From: Candidatus Tepidifontimicrobium thermophilum
GTDB lineage: Bacteria > Sysuimicrobiota > Sysuimicrobiia > Sysuimicrobiales > Sysuimicrobiaceae
DNA: 24,316 nucleotides
Assembly (NCBI GenBank): GCA_031459915.1
Contig: JAVKHO010000021.1
Coordinates: 15,709 to 40,024 of the forward strand
Direction: 5' to 3'
Below, piece after piece: positions 1-8,762 of the stretch (within the stretch, counting starts at the first letter, position 1; every line of letters begins with the position of its first letter). The translations under genes were made by a program, and so were the position numbers. The notes under the pieces are model-generated. The model had not been told where the DNA came from, did not search any database, and saw nothing but the letters and a program-made list of their open reading frames with translations.

Positions 1-1
1 G

Positions 2-385
2 GGTGTGGCGTCCATGCGGACCCTGTTGACGACTGCCCTGGCCACGCCCGTGTTGTTCCTCGTCAGCTTCCACCCGTGGGTTGCCGTGCTGCCCTTTGCT
101 GCGGACGGCTTCTTCGTGGCAGGCCTGGACTTGGCCTGGATGGCCGCGTGCATGGAACTGGCTCCCCCAGGGAGGGTTGCCGCCTACGCCGCCGCGTACA
201 CGGTCCTGATGGGACTCCGCGGGGTCACCGCGCCCTTCGTGGCCGGCGCGGTGGCTAGCGCCGTAGGCCCGCGGCCCGTCTTCCTCCTCGCTGCGCTCCT
301 GATCGCCGCCGCAGGCCTTCTCGCCCGCCGGCACCTGACGCTCTTGGGGGCGCAGGAGCAAACTCGCACCGAGCTCACGACCTAG
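2..385 (+). CDS. MFS transporter, C-terminal part (5' end outside window)
   Basis: Frame is open from the window edge. Hydrophobic helices with MFS C-half patterns (MELAPPGRVAAYAA; APFVAGAVASAVGPRPVFLLAA). TAG at 383-385. Confidence 0.8.
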   Translation, partial: GVASMRTLLTTALATPVLFLVSFHPWVAVLPFAADGFFVAGLDLAWMAACMELAPPGRVAAYAAAYTVLMGLRGVTAPFVAGAVASAVGPRPVFLLAALLIAAAGLLARRHLTLLGAQEQTRTELTT

Positions 386-435
386 GACCGGGGATCGCGG
401 ACGAGGCGCCTCAGGACCTGCGGCCGCCGCGTGGT

Positions 436-819
436 CTACGCACGCCCGGTCCGCTGGAGCAGCCAGATGCAGTTGCCGTCGGGGTCCCGCAAGCAAGCGG
501 CCCGCGCGCCCCAGGGGTAGTCCTGTGGCTGCCGTTCCACGGTTACGCCCAGCTCCTGTAGCCGCCGGCACGCCGCGTCCACGTCAGGGACCCGGAAGCT
601 GAGGTGGTCGTACCCGGGTGCGTTGCCTGTCAGATCGAACGAGCGCAAAGGCTGTACCGGCCCATCTGTGCGGAACACGTAGAGGGCGATCCCACCAGCC
701 CGCAGGAGGGCCGAGTCCTCGGTGGCGTACTCAGGCTGGAAACCCAGGATTCGGTAGAAGGCAACGGCGCGTTCCAGGTCCCGCACCGCCACCCCGACGT
801 TGTCCAGCGCCTCGATCAA
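436..819 (-). CDS. VOC (glyoxalase/bleomycin resistance) family protein
   Basis: LDNVGVAVRDLERAVAFY, HLSFRVPDVDAA and PWGARAACLRDPDGN are VOC-fold signatures. TTG start with GGAG upstream. Confidence 0.85.
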   Translation of the reverse strand: MIEALDNVGVAVRDLERAVAFYRILGFQPEYATEDSALLRAGGIALYVFRTDGPVQPLRSFDLTGNAPGYDHLSFRVPDVDAACRRLQELGVTVERQPQDYPWGARAACLRDPDGNCIWLLQRTGRA

Positions 820-848
820 GGGTTTTCCGTAGCTCCCCGAGCTGACCG

Positions 849-924
849 TGGCGCGCCCGGCAGGATTCGAACCTGCGGCCTTTGGCTCCGGAGGCCAACG
901 CTCTGTCCTCTGAGCTACGGGCGC
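849..924 (-). tRNA. tRNA-Arg, anticodon CCG
   Basis: 76-nt cloverleaf: acceptor stem GCGCCCG/CGGGCGC, D arm GCTC/GAGC, anticodon arm TTGGC-CTCCGGA-GCCAA, T arm GCAGG-TTCGAAT-CCTGC, encoded CCA. Confidence 0.97.
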
Positions 925-984
925 GTTCCCTTCCTAATCCTAATCGGCCCACCGGAAGCCACGCAACCGGCCCCGCGGCCCCGG

Positions 985-1791
985 TCACCCCTCGAACCGA
1001 ATCCGGTTCCGGAGCACGCCGATCCGCGAGACCTCCGCCTCCACCACATCCCCGTGCTCCAGGAAGACCGGCGGGTCCTGCCCGAATCCCATGCCCGCCG
1101 GCGTGCCCGTGGCGATCACGTCCCCCGGCAGTAGCGTGATCCCGCGCGATAGGTCTTCGATGGCCTCTGCCACGGAGAAGATCATGTCCCGGGTGAAGCC
1201 GTGCTGCCGCACCCGGCCGTTCACCCGCAGCCACAGCTCCAGGTCCTGCGGGTCCGGGATCTCATCCGCGGTCACCAGCACGGGGCCTGCGGGACACAGC
1301 CCGTCCAGGCTCTTGCCGTAGAACCACTGCCCGCCCCGGGCGAACTGCAGGTCCCGCGCGGACAGATCGTTGAGCACCGTGTAGCCGAAGACGTACTCCA
1401 GCGCCCTGGAGGCCGGGATCCGGCGGCCCCCGCGCCCGAGCACCACCGCCAGCTCTACCTCCCAGTCCAGCTGGGACGTGAGCTCTCGGTCCACCACCAC
1501 GTCCTCGTCCGGCCCCACAAGGCTCGTGGTGGCCTTGGTGAACCAGACGGGGGCCTTGGGGACCTGCCGGGCGGGGGACTCCTCCACGTGGGCCAGGTAG
1601 TTGAGCCCCATGCAGAAGATGTTGCGGGGAGGATCCACGGGCGCCCGCAGCCGGAGTGCCTCTAGGGGAATCGCCCGCGCCTCCAGTTCCAGCGGGCCCT
1701 CGTGTTGGAACGTCCGCACGGGGCGGACGGAGTCTCCCTCCAGCACGCCCCAGCGCACCGATCCGTCCTGTTCGAACCGCACCAGCCGCAC
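985..1791 (-). CDS. Fumarylacetoacetate hydrolase (FAH) family protein
   Basis: Motifs CMGLNY, LDWEVELAVV, NDLSARDLQ, GKSLD, PGDVIATGTP. GTG start at 1791 after AGGAGG. The upstream part of ORF 985..2598 is a shadow of the next gene. Confidence 0.92.
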   Translation of the reverse strand: MRLVRFEQDGSVRWGVLEGDSVRPVRTFQHEGPLELEARAIPLEALRLRAPVDPPRNIFCMGLNYLAHVEESPARQVPKAPVWFTKATTSLVGPDEDVVVDRELTSQLDWEVELAVVLGRGGRRIPASRALEYVFGYTVLNDLSARDLQFARGGQWFYGKSLDGLCPAGPVLVTADEIPDPQDLELWLRVNGRVRQHGFTRDMIFSVAEAIEDLSRGITLLPGDVIATGTPAGMGFGQDPPVFLEHGDVVEAEVSRIGVLRNRIRFEG

Positions 1792-1802
1792 GGAACCCCT
1801 CC

Positions 1803-2828
1803 TCAGCCAGGTAGGTTGAGCCGCAGCAAGCGTCGGGCGTTGCCCTCGAAGATCGCCCGCTTGGTCTCCGGGGAGAAGGACACGTTCTCCACCACCCGGA
1901 TCGTCTCCCGCAGGAACAGGGCCCCGTCCTCGGGGTCGAAGGGGAAGTCCGTGGCGAACAGCACCCGCTCGGGCCCGAAGAACGCGATGCCGCACTCCGT
2001 GGCGGGCAAGGCTCCGAACAGGGCGGTGTCCGCGTAGAACATCCGGAAGTAGTCCACCGGCCTCCTCCGCAGGGCCTGCTTGGCCCGGACGTCCTCCTCG
2101 TCGTCGGTGCGCCGGCCCACCTGGTCCAGACCCCACCCCACCCGGCCCTCGAAGTACGGGACCATCCCGCCCATGTGGTGGGTGATGACTTTCAGGTTCG
2201 GATAGCGGTCGAACAGACCCCAGAAGACCAAGCGTGCCATGAACACGCTGGTCTCGTAAGGCCAGCCGAACGCCCACCAGATGTCGTACTTGGACCGCCG
2301 TTCGCTGGGGTAGTCCGCGCGCTCCGGAGGGCGGGTCGGGTGCACCCAGACGGGGAGATCCAACTGGCTCATCCGCGCGAAGAGCGGCTCGTACTGCGGC
2401 TGGTCCAGCGGCGCTCCGTTCACGTTGGTGAAGATCTGTACCCCGGTGGCCCCCAGCTCCCTGATCGCCCGCTCCGCCTCCTCGACCGCCGCGTCGGGCT
2501 GGTTCATGGGCAGCGAGGCCACGAACCCCACGAAGCGGTCCGGGTAGCGCTGCACCAGCTCCGCCATGGCGTCGTTGGCGATCCTGGCTAGCTCCCAAGA
2601 CCGTTCAGGAGGCGCCACCGCCTCGATGGGCGGCGCGGCCAGGGAGATCACCTGAACGTAGTCCGGATGCCGGTCCATCAGCCGGAAGCGGAGGTCCAGG
2701 TCGTACAGGGTCCGTACCCCGCGCACCCGCTTCTGCATGTACGCGCCGCCGGCCAGCTCCTCGACCATCCGCTCGTAGTACCGGTCCGGCAATACGTGAC
2801 AGAAGACGTCGATCTTGAGCTCGGTCAC
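1803..2828 (-). CDS. Amidohydrolase-2 family protein (ACMSD/LigW-like decarboxylase or hydratase)
   Basis: KIDVFCH, ARIANDAMAELV..YPDRF, VWVHP, HHMGG, LFATDFPF, IFEGNARRLL. GTG at 2828 after GGGAGG. Confidence 0.88.
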   Translation of the reverse strand: MTELKIDVFCHVLPDRYYERMVEELAGGAYMQKRVRGVRTLYDLDLRFRLMDRHPDYVQVISLAAPPIEAVAPPERSWELARIANDAMAELVQRYPDRFVGFVASLPMNQPDAAVEEAERAIRELGATGVQIFTNVNGAPLDQPQYEPLFARMSQLDLPVWVHPTRPPERADYPSERRSKYDIWWAFGWPYETSVFMARLVFWGLFDRYPNLKVITHHMGGMVPYFEGRVGWGLDQVGRRTDDEEDVRAKQALRRRPVDYFRMFYADTALFGALPATECGIAFFGPERVLFATDFPFDPEDGALFLRETIRVVENVSFSPETKRAIFEGNARRLLRLNLPG

Positions 2829-2882
2829 CTCGGGCCTCCCACCTGCGGATTTCCCGCCGGCTTCCCGGCGGGCGTCGCGTCT

Positions 2883-2911
2883 ATGGTTCCCACAGCTTGG
2901 CCGCCGCGCAA
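2883..2911 (-). promoter_or_regulatory. Candidate sigma70 promoter for the amidohydrolase-FAH pair
   Basis: TTGCGC-17 nt-AACCAT on the minus strand, with palindromes immediately upstream. Confidence 0.35.
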
Positions 2912-2967
2912 GCGGCGCGTTCCGCCATGCCGAACGGCGTGCGGGATCCCGCAAGCTGGTTCGGGGG

Positions 2968-4038
2968 CTACCCGTGCAGCACCCTGCGCCGACGGTCCTC
3001 CGCGATCGCCTCCCGAAGCCGCTGTGCGTACTCGTGGGCTAGGTCACGGGCTGCCCGGCCGAACGCCCGCACGTCCTCCGGAGTCACCACGAGCACCACC
3101 TGGTCCGCCACCCGCACGCTCCATTCGTCCAGCACGCCCACCGCGCGGACGTCCAAGGGGGAGGGATCCTCGTTGAACACCCGGTCTAGCCGCGCCGCGA
3201 CCTCCTCGGCCCGCGGCCGGCCTCCGGTGAGCCGCGCCACCGCCTGGCCGTTTACCCGCACCACGCCCAGGGGACCCTCCTCGTCCACCGAAAGTCGGAG
3301 GAAGCCCGCGGCCACCCGCCGGTGAAGCGGTACGCCACGGCGCACAAGCTCCTCCTCCACCGCCCGCAGCCGTTCGCCCCACGTGGGGTGCGTGCGGAAC
3401 GCCCCGGGATCCCTGCCGCCCGACAGCGCGTCCTCCCGCGCCAAGCGTTCCAGCAGGGTCAGCATCCCCACGGGGTGCCACGGCGTCTGCAGCAGGTAAC
3501 CCACCGCCGCGACGTCCGCCTCTCGCTCCAGCTCCCGGCCGAAGGCACTCAGGATGCCCCCGGCTACGAGCTGTGCCCCCGCGGCCACCCTGGCGTCCCG
3601 CGCCAGGACCGCCACCAGCAGCACCAGGAGGTTGGTCCGGGTGGCCTCCCGTTCCAGGCGCTGGTGGTGGCGCAGCGCCACGTGGGCTCCCTCGTGGGCC
3701 AGCAGAGCTGCCAGCTCGTGGTCGGTACGGACCAGAGCCACCAGGGCCGAGGTCACGTACACCAAGCCGCCCGGGAGGGCCACCGCGTTGGGCGTGCGGT
3801 GCTCCACCACTTTAAACGTCCACGGTAGCTGCGGCCGCTCCGTCACCGCGGCCACCGCCTTGCCGATGCGGGTGACCCGCTCGTTGGTCGCGGGGTCCGT
3901 GACCACCCGCAGGGCCTGCTCGATCTGCGCGCCCGCGCGCCGGCCGGCCTCCACCTCCGCCCGGTCCTGCCCCGTCTGGGCAACCAGGGGCGCACCCAGC
4001 AGGAGCACCACCAGGGTCACCGTGCCAAGTCGAAGCAC
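2968..4038 (-). CDS. M48 family zinc metallopeptidase, exported, with extra C-terminal domain
   Basis: Signal peptide, PNAVALPGG, ELAALLAHEGAH (HExxH), ELEREAD, THP motif. Confidence 0.88.
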   Translation of the reverse strand: MLRLGTVTLVVLLLGAPLVAQTGQDRAEVEAGRRAGAQIEQALRVVTDPATNERVTRIGKAVAAVTERPQLPWTFKVVEHRTPNAVALPGGLVYVTSALVALVRTDHELAALLAHEGAHVALRHHQRLEREATRTNLLVLLVAVLARDARVAAGAQLVAGGILSAFGRELEREADVAAVGYLLQTPWHPVGMLTLLERLAREDALSGGRDPGAFRTHPTWGERLRAVEEELVRRGVPLHRRVAAGFLRLSVDEEGPLGVVRVNGQAVARLTGGRPRAEEVAARLDRVFNEDPSPLDVRAVGVLDEWSVRVADQVVLVVTPEDVRAFGRAARDLAHEYAQRLREAIAEDRRRRVLHG

Positions 4039-4778
4039 CGCCGTGCGTTCTCCGCAGTCTGCTCCGCCACCGCACCCGCGTCTTGTCCCCGGGCAGACGC
4101 CACAGCCTCCACCACCAGCGGGAGGTAACTCGGCTCGTTCCGCCGACCTCGGTGCGGGTGGGGTGCAGCGAAGGGCGAATCCGTCTCCACCAGGAGGAGT
4201 TCGTCCGGAATGCGGGCCACCGCGCGCCGGAGCTCCTCCGCTTTCAGGTAGGTCACCGGCCCGCCCACGGACATCCGGTAGCCGCGGCCCGCGCAGCTCT
4301 CCGCGTACTCGGCAGGCCCTGTGAACATGTGCATTACCACCCCTACTGCCCCCTCCTCCTCAAGGATCCGCAGCAGGTCCTGGTGCGCGCCACGGTTGTG
4401 CACCACGAGGGGCTTCCCGCACGCCCGGCTCAGGCGCACGTGCCAGCGGAGGGTTTCCTGCTGGACCTCCCGGGGACAGCCCCCGCGTTCGTAGTCCAGC
4501 CCGCACTCACCCACCGCCACCACCTTCGGGTGCCCGGCCAGTGCCGCCACCACCGCTCGGTCGGCGTCCCCCACGAGGTGTGCCCGGGTGGGGTGGATCC
4601 CCACCGCGGCGTAGACGGGCTGGAACCGCTCCGCCAGCTCCACAGCTTTCTGGCTGGTCCGGCCGTCCGTACCCAGCGTCAGGAGGGCACACACCCCTGC
4701 TGCCAGCGCCCTAGCCACCACGGTCTCCCGGTCCGGGTCGAAATCCGGGTGGTCCAGGTGCACGTGCGTGTCGATCAC
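4017..4778 (-). CDS. tatD: TatD family hydrolase/DNase
   Basis: IDTHVHLD, AVGIHP, GECGLDY, LLVETDSPF, RNEP. GTG start overlaps the metG stop (GTGA). Confidence 0.93.
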   Translation of the reverse strand: MIDTHVHLDHPDFDPDRETVVARALAAGVCALLTLGTDGRTSQKAVELAERFQPVYAAVGIHPTRAHLVGDADRAVVAALAGHPKVVAVGECGLDYERGGCPREVQQETLRWHVRLSRACGKPLVVHNRGAHQDLLRILEEEGAVGVVMHMFTGPAEYAESCAGRGYRMSVGGPVTYLKAEELRRAVARIPDELLLVETDSPFAAPHPHRGRRNEPSYLPLVVEAVASARGQDAGAVAEQTAENARRCFDLAR

Positions 4779-6739
4779 GACACCCGGGCGCCGGGCGGGA
4801 GGTCGCGGTCCAGGGTGACCAGGGCGAGCTGGCCGTCCCACTCTGCCGCCAGCAGCATCCCCCGGGACTCCACGCCGCGGACCCTGCGCGGCTGCAGGTT
4901 CGCCACCACCACGATGGTCTTGCCCACCAGGTCGTCGGGCTGGTAGTGGGGCACCAGCCCCGTGACGATAGTACGGACCTCGCGTCCCAGGTCTACCCGG
5001 ACCTCGATGAGCTTGTCGGTGTTGGGGATCCGTCGCGCCGCGACCACCCGGCCTACCCGCAGGTCCAACCTCCGGAACTCCTCCAGGCTCAGCGCCTCGT
5101 CCGCGGCTGCCTCCTGCACCGGTAGCGGCCTTTCCTCCTCTAACCGGGGGAAGATGGGCGGCCCCGGCCGCACCCGCGTGCCCGGCCGCAGCCACCGCCA
5201 CCGCCGCGCATCGTCCAGCAGAAGTCCGGTCCCCCGGTACGGCTCTCCCCGCCCGCGGAGCTCTCGCGCTCGCTCCTCGAACTCAGGGTAGCCGAGCTGG
5301 GACCACACCTTGAGGGTGGCGGTGGGCAGCACGGGCTCCAGCAGCACGGTGGCCACCCGCAGGGCCTCCAGGGTGTTGGTCAGGACCGTCCCCGCCCGGT
5401 CCCGCTGCCCGGCCCGGTGAAGGGTCCAGGGCGCCTCCCGGTCCAGGTACCGGTTGGCAGCGCCGAGGAGCTGCCAGACGCTCAAAAGCGCCCGCTGGAA
5501 GTCGCACCGCTGGACGCACTGCCACACCGCGTCTACCGTACCCAGCGCCTGCTCCCGGAGTTCGCGGTCGCCGCCCTCCTCGGGTCCGGGCTCGGGCAAC
5601 CGGCCGTCGAAGTACCGCTCCACCAGGGGGAGGGTCCGGTTCAGGAGGTTGCCGTAGTCGTTGGCCAAGTCCGCGTTAAAACGGGCCACCAGCTGAGCCC
5701 GGCTGAAGTCCCCGTCCTGCCCAAACGGCACCTCCCGGAGCAGGAAGTACCGCACCGCGTCCACGCACACGTCCAGTTCCGCCCCGCTGCGCTGGGCCAG
5801 CTCGCGCGCCACCGCCATGGGGTCCACCACATTCCCCAGCGTCTTGCTGATCTTCTGCCCCTCCAGGGTCAAAAACCCATGGACGAGGACCTGGCGCGGG
5901 GGTTCCAGTCCCGCACTGAACAGCATGGCCGGCCACAGGAGGGAGTGGAACCGGTTGATGTCCTTCCCGATGAGGTGGTGGGCGGGCCACCACGTCCGGA
6001 AGCGCTCCTCGTCCTGCCCGAAGCCGATGGCACTGACGTAGTTCGTCAGCGCGTCGAACCACACGTAGACCACGTGGCCGGGGTCATCCGGTACGGGGAT
6101 CCCCCACGCCAGCTTCTCTACCGGCCGGGACACGGACACGTCCTCCAGGGTATCCACCAGCTGCAGCATCTCCACCCACCGGCTCTCCGGGACCACGAAG
6201 TCCGGCCGTTCCTCCAACAGCCGGCGGAGCCGTTCCCGGTAGCGGGACAGCCGGAAGAAGTAGTTCTCCTCCTCCACCACCTGTGGTTCGGTGAGGTGTC
6301 GGGGACAGCGCCCGTCCACCAGTTCGCTCAGGGTGACGAAGGCTTCGCACTGCACGCAGTACAGGGCCCGGTAGTGCTTGCGGTACAGGTCGCCCGCCGC
6401 GGCCACCCGCCGCCAGATCTCCCGTACCGCTGGCCAGTGACGCCGGCGGTCCGTGGTGCGGATGAAGTCGTCGTGGGACAGGTTCAGGTCCCGGCAGAGC
6501 TGCTGGAACGCCGCCGCGTTGCGGTCCACGAAGGTCTGCACGTCCTCGCCCGCCTGGGCCGCGGCGTTGGCGATGTTCTGTCCGTGTTCGTCGGTCCCGG
6601 TGAGGAAGAACACCGCCTCCCCCGCCAGGCGGTGGTAGCGGGCCAGCACGTCCGCCAGGACCTTCTCGTAGGCGTGGCCGATGTGGGGCGTGGCGTTCAC
6701 GTAGTCAATGGCGGTGGTGATGTAGAAGCGCCCGGACAA
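4775..6739 (-). CDS. metG: Methionine--tRNA ligase with C-terminal tRNA-binding OB-fold domain
   Basis: FYITTAIDY..PHIGH, GTDEHG, knuckle CVQC..CPRH, YVWFDAL, KISKT (KMSKS-like), C-terminal LDLRVG..ANLQPRRVRGVESRGM. TTG start after AAGGAG. Confidence 0.97.
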   Translation of the reverse strand: MSGRFYITTAIDYVNATPHIGHAYEKVLADVLARYHRLAGEAVFFLTGTDEHGQNIANAAAQAGEDVQTFVDRNAAAFQQLCRDLNLSHDDFIRTTDRRRHWPAVREIWRRVAAAGDLYRKHYRALYCVQCEAFVTLSELVDGRCPRHLTEPQVVEEENYFFRLSRYRERLRRLLEERPDFVVPESRWVEMLQLVDTLEDVSVSRPVEKLAWGIPVPDDPGHVVYVWFDALTNYVSAIGFGQDEERFRTWWPAHHLIGKDINRFHSLLWPAMLFSAGLEPPRQVLVHGFLTLEGQKISKTLGNVVDPMAVARELAQRSGAELDVCVDAVRYFLLREVPFGQDGDFSRAQLVARFNADLANDYGNLLNRTLPLVERYFDGRLPEPGPEEGGDRELREQALGTVDAVWQCVQRCDFQRALLSVWQLLGAANRYLDREAPWTLHRAGQRDRAGTVLTNTLEALRVATVLLEPVLPTATLKVWSQLGYPEFEERARELRGRGEPYRGTGLLLDDARRWRWLRPGTRVRPGPPIFPRLEEERPLPVQEAAADEALSLEEFRRLDLRVGRVVAARRIPNTDKLIEVRVDLGREVRTIVTGLVPHYQPDDLVGKTIVVVANLQPRRVRGVESRGMLLAAEWDGQLALVTLDRDLPPGARVS

Positions 6740-6746
6740 CTCTCCT

Positions 6747-7349
6747 TCACCTCCTCCCCGCGTCGACTCCCGGCAGGCCGTCGTCGTACCGTTCCTCCCG
6801 CCAGGGGTCACCCCGCAGGTGGTAGCCCGCGGCTTCCCAGAACCCCGGTCGCTCCTCCGTGAGGAACTCCAGCCCGCGGACCCACTTGGCGCTCTTCCAG
6901 AAGTACAGGTGCGGGACCACCAACCGGAGGGGCCAGCCGTGCTCCGGCGAAAGCGGGCGACCGTCGTGTTCGTACGCGAACACCACGTCGTCCCGGTCCA
7001 GGTCCTCCACGGTCACGTTCGTCGTGTATCCTCCCTCCGCGTGCACCATCACCCACCGGGCCCCCGGCACGGGCCGCACCTGCCGCAGGACCGCGCGCGC
7101 CGGCACGCCGGCGAACCGGTTGTCCAGACGCGTCCACCGGGTTACGCAGTGGACGTCGCAGCACACCTCCCCGTAGCCCAGGGAACGGAAGGCTTCGTAC
7201 GTCCACTCCCGCTCCTCCTCCACCGCCCCGAACACCCGGAACCGCCACGTCCCCAGGTCCACCCGGGGCACCGGGCCGTAATGCAGGACCGGCCATTTGT
7301 CCGTCACGAACTGCCCCGGGGGGACCCGAGGGGTTTGCACCTCGCCCAC
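6747..7349 (-). CDS. Sulfite-oxidase-like molybdopterin oxidoreductase (YuiH-like, no signal peptide)
   Basis: PPGQ..KWPVLH, DVHCVTRW (Mo-ligand Cys), HGWPLRLVVPHLYFWKSAKW, GFWE..GYH..GDPW. Confidence 0.9.
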   Translation of the reverse strand: MGEVQTPRVPPGQFVTDKWPVLHYGPVPRVDLGTWRFRVFGAVEEEREWTYEAFRSLGYGEVCCDVHCVTRWTRLDNRFAGVPARAVLRQVRPVPGARWVMVHAEGGYTTNVTVEDLDRDDVVFAYEHDGRPLSPEHGWPLRLVVPHLYFWKSAKWVRGLEFLTEERPGFWEAAGYHLRGDPWREERYDDGLPGVDAGRR

Positions 7350-7358
7350 GTCGCCTCC

Positions 7359-8117
7359 TCACACGTCGGGCTGCAGGGCGGCCTCCTCCGCCTCCCGCCG
7401 CCTGCGCACGATCAGGAACGAGACCAGCACCGCCGCCTCGTACAGCGCGAACATGGGCAGCGCCAGCAGGAACATGGTCACCGGGCTCCAGTCCGGGGTC
7501 ACCGCGGCTGACACCACCAGGATGACCATCAGGGCGAGCTTCCACTCCCGCTGCAGGCGCTGCGGACTGACCAGGCCCAGCGCGCAGGCCGCCACCACCA
7601 AGAGAGGCGTCTGGAACCCCAGCCCCATGCCCACCAGAAGCCACGTGACGAAGTGCAGGTAGTTCAGGGCCGTGATCTGGACCCGGATGAGCTGTCCGGC
7701 CTGCGCCAGCAACCACTTGGACGCCGCAGGCAGGATGAAGAAATACCCGAACACCGCCCCTGTCACGAACAGCACCCCCGCGGCCAGGCTGACCGGGACC
7801 AGCACCCGCCGCTCGTTCGGCTTGAGGGCGGGGTCCACGAACCGGAAGATCTGGTAGACGATCCAGGGCATGGACAGCGCCAACCCCCCCGTGACCGCCA
7901 CCCGGAAGCGCGCCAGAAACGGTTCCAGCATGCCGATGGCGTGGAGCTGGATTCCGCCCGTGGGCTGAAGCAGCAGGCGCAGCAGCGACTCCGAAAAGCT
8001 CCATGAAAGCGCCGTGCCCAGGGCGAGCCCCAGGAGGCTCCAGAGGAGGCGCTGCCGCAGCTCCTCCAGGTGCTCGATCCACGTCATCGGCCGGTCCTCG
8101 CGCGCCACACCCCTCAC
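7359..8117 (-). CDS. tatC: Twin-arginine translocase subunit TatC
   Basis: MTWIEHLEELRQRL, YQIFRFVDPAL..ERR, FQTP, AAVTPD, LYE. Start is at 8117 (GTGA overlap with pth) or 8108. Confidence 0.93.
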   Translation of the reverse strand: MRGVAREDRPMTWIEHLEELRQRLLWSLLGLALGTALSWSFSESLLRLLLQPTGGIQLHAIGMLEPFLARFRVAVTGGLALSMPWIVYQIFRFVDPALKPNERRVLVPVSLAAGVLFVTGAVFGYFFILPAASKWLLAQAGQLIRVQITALNYLHFVTWLLVGMGLGFQTPLLVVAACALGLVSPQRLQREWKLALMVILVVSAAVTPDWSPVTMFLLALPMFALYEAAVLVSFLIVRRRREAEEAALQPDV

Positions 8118-8689
8118 CCCGCAGCGGCCGGAGCGGTCTTCCGGTTGAACCGATCCATGGCACGGTGGATCCCGTCCCGCAGGGCCACCTCCACCGCGTC
8201 CGCGGCGCGTTCCACGGCCTCCTCCACCTGTGCTCGCTCTGCCGGCTCGAACCGGGACAGCACGTGGTCCACGGCGTCCGAGCCAGGCCGCCCGATCCCC
8301 ACCCGCACCCGGGGGATCTCCAGGGTCCCCAGGCCCTCCAGCACCGAGGCCATACCGCGGTGGCCGCCCGCAGTGCCCCGCGCCCGAACCCGGATCGCCC
8401 CCACGGGCAGATCCATGTCGTCGTACACCACCAGCACCTGGCTTGGCGCCAGCCCCCAGCGCCGCACCAGCTCCGCGACCGCCTGGCCGCTCAGGTTCAT
8501 GAACGTCAAGGGCTTGGCCAGCACCACGGGTTCACCGCCGACCTCCGCCTGCGCCACCTCGGCCTGCCCCTCCGCCCGGAAACGGACTCCCCAGCGCCGG
8601 GCCAGCCGCTCCACCACCTCGAACCCGACGTTGTGACGGGTCCCGCGGTACCGGCGGCCGGGGTTCCCAAGGCCCACCACCAGCCTCAT
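8114..8689 (-). CDS. pth: Peptidyl-tRNA hydrolase
   Basis: LVVGLGNPG..Y..TRHNVGF, KPLTFMNLSG, DDMDLP, GGHRG, RVRVGIGRP. Confidence 0.97.
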   Translation of the reverse strand: MRLVVGLGNPGRRYRGTRHNVGFEVVERLARRWGVRFRAEGQAEVAQAEVGGEPVVLAKPLTFMNLSGQAVAELVRRWGLAPSQVLVVYDDMDLPVGAIRVRARGTAGGHRGMASVLEGLGTLEIPRVRVGIGRPGSDAVDHVLSRFEPAERAQVEEAVERAADAVEVALRDGIHRAMDRFNRKTAPAAAG

Positions 8690-8713
8690 CGCTCCCAGTG
8701 TACGCCAGGCGGG

Positions 8714-8745
8714 AAAACGAAAACGGGGGCGCCGCAGCGCCCCCG
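8714..8745 (-). terminator. Intrinsic terminator after rplY
   Basis: Minus strand CGGGGGCGC-TGCG-GCGCCCCCG followed by TTTTCGTTTT. Confidence 0.85.
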
Positions 8746-8762
8746 CCCGTCTCCCCGGTCGG

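Noticed and set aside
849..924. tRNA-Arg as an integration site of a genomic island
   Set aside because: No integrase and no duplicated tRNA 3' end were seen in the window.
985..2598. 537-aa ORF as a fusion protein
   Set aside because: The N-terminal half is an off-frame overlap of the amidohydrolase. The FAH domain has its own SD and GTG at 1791.
4017..5201. Extended TatD, and similarly extended ORFs for phoU (9896..11308), pstA (11414..12559) and TlpA (20854..21708)
   Set aside because: The extensions overlap real upstream genes in other frames and have low-complexity G/R/P/A composition typical of high-GC shadow frames.
6740..6760. T-box or SAM riboswitch upstream of metG
   Set aside because: Only 7 nt separate metG from the upstream gene, so there is no room for a leader.
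5417..6862. Long antisense ORF over metG, and other antisense or alternate-frame ORFs such as 6808..8163, 14648..15772 and 23313..24254
   Set aside because: Stop-poor shadow frames expected in GC-rich DNA. No recognisable motifs.
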